Assembly: GCF_052425735.1 (NCBI RefSeq)
Contig: NC_135758.1
Coordinates: 30,690,001-30,754,000, forward strand
DNA length: 64,000 nucleotides
Source: Oculina patagonica
Taxonomy: Eukaryota
Reading direction: 5' to 3'
In this document: one piece after another, positions 57,822 to 64,000 of the stretch
Numbering within the stretch: the stretch's first letter is position 1
Layout of the letters: each line of letters starts with the position of its first letter
The notes under the pieces: generated by a model
Told to the model about the DNA's origin: nothing
The model's input: only the letters and a program-made list of their open reading frames with translations
Database searches by the model: none
Made by a program: the position numbers and the translations under genes

Positions 57822-59596
57822 TATATATATTAATATTTAACAATTCTTTTAAAACTATTTAGGTCTTTTGATTCTTTGATTTCCACAGGAAGTGCATTCC
57901 ATGCTACTACTCCGTTATAGGCGAGGCTCCTTTTAAGGAACTCAGTGTTGGGTTTTGGAACACATAGGTTTATATGGCAGCCTCTAGTTTCATAGTGATG
58001 AGTCTCTCTAACTGGAGTGAAGTTTCGTGCTAACGAGTGTGGTGCCAGATTATTGGCAATTTTGTACATAGTTGTTACTTTTTGTTGGTACCAGCGATCT
58101 TCTAGTGGCTGCCATCCTAGGTCCTTTCTTAGATCAGCAGATCTGACTTCATAGCCAGACCTAGTGATAATTCTGGCTGCGCGATTTTGTAGTTTTTGTA
58201 ATTTTGTCCGTAACCCTTTATCACATGTGTGCCAAGCAGGCGAGCAGTAATCAAAGTGAGGTTGTAATTGATTTATAGATTTGATTTAAAGAATCATTAG
58301 GGAGTATTTCACGGGTTCGCCTTAGAACACCTAAGCCCTTGCTAACTTTTTTACTAATATTAGAAACATTTTCCTTCCAAGTAAGGTTTTCATCTAAGGT
58401 GACACCCAGCGACACTGTTTTTTCAACTCGTTTTAGATTGGTATCTCCAATCTTTAGGTTAAGGTCTAAATTTGCGTGATTTAGCCTTTTTCTAGAGCCA
58501 ATTATCATATATTCAGTTTTTACCACATTAATACTGAGGCGATTTGCATCAAGCCAATTTAGAATATTAATATATCGGAATTGGCCTATTAGTTCCGCCA
58601 ATTTACTTATATAACTGATACCACGAAAAAAAAACTGTTTTGTAAGAAGAAAACTTAGTTTAGATAGGTCTGGTCAACCATTTTGGTATTTTTTTTTCTT
58701 ATTTCCCCATAAGGACCAAACGTGCTTGTTAAATAACACGAATATAATTGACTACGTAAACCCAACGCCCAAGTCCAACTAGAAACATGAACAATCATGC
58801 ACGGTTCATATTTTCCATATAACGAAAAAAACCTCTTATTCGTGGATCTAATAACAGTCATTTTTCTACAAAATCAATACAAAGAAAATTTAAGATTTTA
58901 AGGAAAGATATACCTGTTATTTAATGCTTTTTTTAACTGTATTGATTGCAGTAACGATGAAACAATTCTAAAAGTTAACGAAGGGCAAAATAATAGAGGT
59001 TCTGTCTTCGTATTTTAATTTGATCCGTTGATTCATTCTTTTCAGAGCGACTGTTTTTGGGAAACAATGTTTTTGTTCGTCCTTCGTATCGAAGATGACC
59101 AAAGACATCTAGTTTGTTGATATATTGCTACGGAGGTGGCTGAAACAAACAATAGGTCCGCAATGAGTACATATCAGAAGCACGATCGTGATCAGCGGAC
59201 TGATAATGCGCGGTAAATCTTCACGGGAGTAAATAGTGGAAACGATAATAACACGCCCACGCTAAGGTTGTGTGTCTTTTTCCTTTTGAAGATAACAGAT
59301 TTTGCTCAGGTTTTTAAACAAAATACATAAGGTACTATTATTCCCCGTCCCCGCTGCCGATCATTTGCATAACACAAAGTGCAGAATATTCTCGAACAAC
59401 TTGACTGCTAAAAATGTTCAATAAACAAATTCAGCTTTACTCGTAGGAACGCCTATACTGGAAGAAGTATGGTGGACATCAAATGACATCAGATGATCAT
59501 GAACACGAAAGGAGACGGAAATCACGGTCAGACCTCTCATAGTGAGTAGTTGAACGTTATTTATCAGTTCTTGTGTTGAACGTCGTGATCCTCAAG

Positions 59597-59939
59597 ATGA
59601 GCTCTAGCAATACAGATCTGGCTGCGAACGCTTCAAGCCAGATGGTCCAGGTGCTGTCTGAGTTTTCTTGCCCAGGTAAACCAATACACATTTGGGTTTT
59701 AAGCGACAAGGCCGAGCTCAAGATTGCCGTCGCGATAACGCTCATTATTTGCCCCGTTGCCATTCTTCTAAACATCTTAGTAATCACAGCATTAAAACTG
59801 AGAAGCGAGTTAAAAGAACACAAATCCAACAACAGTCATTCGAACATCAAATCGAATGGGCGTTGTCTTCATGCCGTTGGCAATCTGTTCAGATGTGTTT
59901 ATTCTTACCAAGCAGTTTATGACACTGTTTGTTGGAGCT
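59597..59939 (+). pseudogene. GPCR subfamily A 5' fragment (retains its ATG)
   Basis: Paralog of 34190-34530; MSSSNTDLAANASSQ... Confidence 0.85.
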
Positions 59940-59940
59940 A

Positions 59941-61107
59941 TTATATACTATGGCGACGCTGCAAAGGTTTTCTGATCGAGTTCCAGTTCAGCTTTTGGAT
60001 ATAATTTTCAAGCTCAGACACAATCTCATTGTTATCATTGTTAGTGTTGTTTACATTTGCTTGTTCCGCGGTTTGACGATCTCCTTCATGTCCTTGTCCA
60101 GCTTTAAATCTGTCCACAGCGTTGCGCGATCCAAACACTCGCACATCAATTTCGTCGGCTTCAGCAACGTTTGTAGTTCTACAAGTTAATTCAATAAACG
60201 CTACGCGAAACTGTCTCATTCTGACCGAGTAGATAAGTGGATTTAGGAAAGAGTTCAATATTGCCACCCACACGGCTGTTAGGCAACATGCATAAAGTAT
60301 TGCTAAAGATATGTTACCACGATAGATTATTACTCTAACAACGCCAATAGGTATATAACAAAGGAATAGAACTAAAATGATGATAGCTGTCAGTTGAAAG
60401 ATCTTTTTGTTTTTAAGAAATTTCTGCCTTGCCTCTTCTGTAACTTGCTGAATTGAAATGTGCTTTTCGTGTCGGCGAACCTCACGGTAGACTGTGATTT
60501 GGCAAAAAACGATCATGGCAAAAGAGAGTCCAATAAAGGTGTTATTGATGATAAAAAATACAGCCTTGTCAAAGAAAAGAGGAATGTGCAAAACAAGGGA
60601 AAATATCCACGCCAGAGCAGAAGCAATTAGTAAACGAGCTTCGGTTACAATTCCGGTATTGTACGCGAAAGTGTGCTTCATGGCTAGATATCTGTCCCCG
60701 CCTATTAAAGCCAGGTGGAGAAGGGAAGTATCACACAGAACACTCGTAAAAAACTGCGAGATATTTTGCAATGCACACGATCCCGTCGTTGTCTCGTCGA
60801 GAACGATGGTTATGAGTGACGCTGCAAACAGGGGTTGAACAATCACACCCACTAACAAATCGGTGGTGGCCAAACACTCAAGTAGTATGTTGGGCTTGTT
60901 GGCTCTCAGTCGGGACTTCGTTTTTACAGCTATTATCACCATCGCGTTCAAGGCAGCGGTAACAGGAAATGTGACGATGTTGATCATTGCGAGGGCGATA
61001 AGAAAGACTTTCGCTTCAGTGGCTGAAGGAGGAATTGTGCCTCCTATCAAAGCGACGAATCCGCAATCTGGGGTTATCGTCCCGTGGTTTGACTGGCTTG
61101 CGTTCAT
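59941..61107 (-). CDS. Orphan class A GPCR, subfamily B copy 4 (388 aa, full tail)
   Basis: 7TM motifs. Retains the 14-aa tail segment deleted in copies 2 and 3. Confidence 0.93.
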   Translation of the reverse strand: MNASQSNHGTITPDCGFVALIGGTIPPSATEAKVFLIALAMINIVTFPVTAALNAMVIIAVKTKSRLRANKPNILLECLATTDLLVGVIVQPLFAASLITIVLDETTTGSCALQNISQFFTSVLCDTSLLHLALIGGDRYLAMKHTFAYNTGIVTEARLLIASALAWIFSLVLHIPLFFDKAVFFIINNTFIGLSFAMIVFCQITVYREVRRHEKHISIQQVTEEARQKFLKNKKIFQLTAIIILVLFLCYIPIGVVRVIIYRGNISLAILYACCLTAVWVAILNSFLNPLIYSVRMRQFRVAFIELTCRTTNVAEADEIDVRVFGSRNAVDRFKAGQGHEGDRQTAEQANVNNTNNDNNEIVSELENYIQKLNWNSIRKPLQRRHSI

Positions 61108-62234
61108 CGCTTCTCCTTCTCAGTTGGTTTCTCGATAAACCGGTTGAATTCAGTGAACCTTTTCTCTTTCCTGTCTTGTCTCTTGTTCCGCAATAAATCT
61201 TGTTTATCTGGTATTTTTCCGGTATTGTGTTTATGTTTCGCTTTCTGTATTCGCTCTTTAGTTGTATTTCACCGTTTTTAGATGATAATTTTGCTTAACA
61301 CTTTTTTTTTTGGGCCAGGAAGTAAGGCAACTGTGTTTCGATAGATGCAATCCCTCTTTAATTCCAGTAAGAAAGAAATAAGAGGGATAACTAGACATAG
61401 CTTTCGCCTTTCAACCATATTTACATTTAACGGATCAAAAATAAGGGCTGCTTCAATGTGCACGAGCTACTTTAATTCTGACGTCATCTAAAGGCTAATC
61501 AGAACTAACTGTAGTTAACTGCGTTGGTGTGACCGCAACGACGGACTTCATGTAACTTGAGACTAACCAGAGGTAAACTGTAGTTACGGCGTAGATGTGA
61601 CCACGGCCAATGTCTCACTGAAATGTTTTGCACGGTTACTGACTAGCACTGAAATTGAATAGTTCCCAACGTATTTTCTCTCAGTGGTAAAAATACGAAC
61701 GCCTGGAGGGATAGACACAGATGATGGCTCTTCACAGACTCTTTTATATTACTCGTGCTGGTCTAACCCCATTGTTTCTGTCCACACTGTATCACGTACA
61801 CAGAAATCAATTTAAAGCTCGCATAATTTTTCCCTTGCTTTGTTTCTTGTTTTATGCAGCAAACTTTAGAGAAACCATTTCGCCATTCGATTATTAGATA
61901 TGGGGGGCATTAGATATACATTTATTTTCTTTTTTGAAGATAACAGATTTTGCCCAGGTTTTTAAACAAGATACAAAAGGTACTATTTTTTCTCTGTTCC
62001 CGCTTCCGATCATTTGCATAACACAAAGTGCAGAATATTCTCGAACAACTTGTCTGCTAAACATGTTCAATAAACAAGTTCAGCTTCACTTGTAGCAACG
62101 CCTCTGCTGGAAGAAGAATGGTCGACAAACTAGTGATTTTAGACGATCATGAACACCAAAGAGGACGATGTACACGGCCAGACCTCTCGCAGTGAGAACT
62201 TAAACATTACTTATCAGTTCTTTTAGAAGGTGGG

Positions 62235-64000
62235 TGAGCTCTAGCTATACAGATTTAGCTGCGAACGGTTCAAGCCAGGTGGTCCAGGTGCTGTCTTAGT
62301 TTTTTTTCCCAGTTTAACCAACTGTACATATTTAGGTTTAGAAAACGTAATCGCCATATTCTCTTTTAAAAGAGAAACTGTTCTAATGGGCACCGTCTCC
62401 ATGCCGTTGGCAATCTGTTCAGATGTGTTTATTATTCTCAAGCGATTTATGACTCCGGATATTTTTTGCAGAACAGCTTTCGTAAATGATCTGACACTGT
62501 ATATCGGAGGTTGCTCGTCTACGTATCATCTAGCTGTGATTGCTTGGGAGAGGTACGTGGCAATAACCAAATCGGCAGAATACAAAGACATCGTTACCAG
62601 AGGCCGTGTCAAGAAGTATGCTGGAATTGCGCGGCTTGTAACTGTGTTCATAGAGATTCCACCACGTATAATGAAACTCGCTGGTGTCCAATACAAATAC
62701 TTCGTGTTCGTCAATATAGTTTCCTCTTTCCCTGGGGTTGTCTCTGTTTCCTCGACCGAAGCGGTTAATAAGTTCACCAACGTATCAAAAGGACTCTCGG
62801 TTTATTGCTGTCTCATTTAGGGTTGTATCCGGTTTACAGCTGTGAGTCTTTCGAAACCTGTATCAATATTACAACGATAATTATATATAACAATTTGCTA
62901 AAGTCGAAGGATTACATATTTACTGTACATACCCGATGGCTCTTATTTAGGTCTTCTTCTTCGGGAGGAAACCGAAGGTGATCTCAATTGCTGTTCGCAC
63001 TAATTGCAATTGATTATCGATTGTAACGTAATTCTCTCGTTAATTAGTGATTGTAAAGTAATCGTCACAAATGAACATTTCGTTTCCAACGAAACAGTCT
63101 CCATAATGTTAGTCGGCTATTTCTGCCTACTGGTTTACCTTTGTGTGCGCAGACGGAACATTAACTCGATAAGCGAAGTCCGTTCTCTCACCAAAGCCAA
63201 GCTTACAACCAAAGTCGCCAAAACGACCGCCATACTGACACTGCCGCGTTAATTTCGTTTACCCCATCATCAGTCTACGTCTTCTTCGGAGAGGCATACC
63301 CTGCACTTCATAAAAGTTCGTATTTCCGTTGGTCGATGATGATGGCTCACATCAACTCTGTTATCAACCCTGTTCTTTATTGTTACAGGGACCGCCGCTA
63401 CAGAGACTCGATGCTAGAGATGTTAAAAATCAGGAAGACTACCGCTGGCGTAAAGAAAACTTTCAAACGAATTGAATCTGTTCAGTCAGTGGAAGATTTC
63501 CCGGTGAACAATCGCATACCAAGACCACGAATTCGAAGCTGTGACTCGATTGCAAACCTTAGACACTGATATGTTACCTACATCGCGTGAAACAATTAGA
63601 GTGATCTGTATCGATATACATCAACCTACGATCATAAAAACCAAACCGGGAATCACAGTTAAAAGTGGTCTGATAAGAAATGGTACCCAAAGTCTTCACG
63701 ATGAATCCCGTGATGAGCCCCATGCTTCTGAGATACAGGCATCACTTCAGTCTCAGTCCTCAAGCCTTCCACCTGAAGATTCCCGCGGAAACCGTTACCG
63801 TGAAATAGCAAGATCAAAGTCCTTGGATGAACGTGGGTTATTTGAGATCTGCAGCCAGTATCAATGTCGGCAAGAAGCGATACGAAGACCAAAGACATTC
63901 CCCTTAACGACAAGAAACAACGAAATGCCAGAACGTGAACTGACTGGTTTTACAAGAAAAACAGAAATCAAAGTTAAAAGCGGTGTGACAAGAAATGGAA
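62235..64000 (+). pseudogene. GPCR subfamily A pseudogene, runs off the window end
   Basis: Lost ATG and TM1, has frameshifts, and has a solo LTR in TM5. WERY and NPVLY are still recognisable. Confidence 0.88.
62745..63096. mobile_element. Solo LTR (352 bp; BEL/Pao- or Copia-type 5-bp TSD)
   Basis: TGTTTC...GAAACA termini. TSD GTCTC (62740-62744, 63097-63101). Interrupts GPCR coding sequence, which resumes after it. Confidence 0.85.

Larger units (their letters stand above)
49281..58560 (-). mobile_element. 5'-truncated non-LTR retrotransposon (CR1/L2/Crack-type), ~0.9 kb of its own sequence, interrupted twice
   Basis: ORF2 C-terminus on the minus strand at 58560-57830 (WLDANRLSIN..KT, LGVTLDENLTW, PHFDYCSPAW, LQKLQNRAARII; frameshift at ~58265). 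3' stem-loop, AATAAA and a TTACTC-type microsatellite tail at 49281-49350. Confidence 0.85.
49142..58588. mobile_element. Small palindromic MITE (TAGGCCA.TTCCGATATATTAA termini) split by nested insertions
   Basis: Left end at 49142 and right end TTAATATATCGGAATTGGCCTA at ~58567-58588. The empty site GGAATTAG is seen at 33111 and 42738. Confidence 0.75.

Overview
Eukaryotic, AT-rich genomic DNA, probably from a cnidarian such as a stony coral (inferred only from the style of the repeats and receptors). The backbone is a tandem array of intronless class A (rhodopsin-like) orphan GPCRs of two subfamilies. Subfamily A is on the + strand (6 copies with an intact 7TM domain, plus fragments and pseudogenes). 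Subfamily B is on the - strand (4 copies). They are arranged as head-to-head B/A pairs in units of about 6.65 kb, with a younger ~9.63 kb tandem duplication (30087-39714 / 39715-49349). The array is heavily invaded by mobile DNA. The most striking insert is a 4882-bp almost fully palindromic Maverick/Polinton (adintovirus-like) derivative at 18453-23334: AGTAGT...ACTACT termini, a 6-bp TSD, two ~2.35-kb inverted arms carrying four accessory genes (including a parvovirus-type PLA2), and no replication or capsid genes. Also present are a 7350-bp LTR element with apparently identical 1100-bp LTRs encoding only Gag-protease plus a hydrophobic tail, nested in a LINE fragment that is itself nested in a MITE; two non-autonomous Helentron-type (HINE) copies; a Sola3-like long-TIR element; a Penelope remnant with a minimal hammerhead ribozyme; a tRNA-derived palindromic SINE-like insert; a solo LTR; and several MITEs. 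All calls are from visual inspection; no database searches were run.
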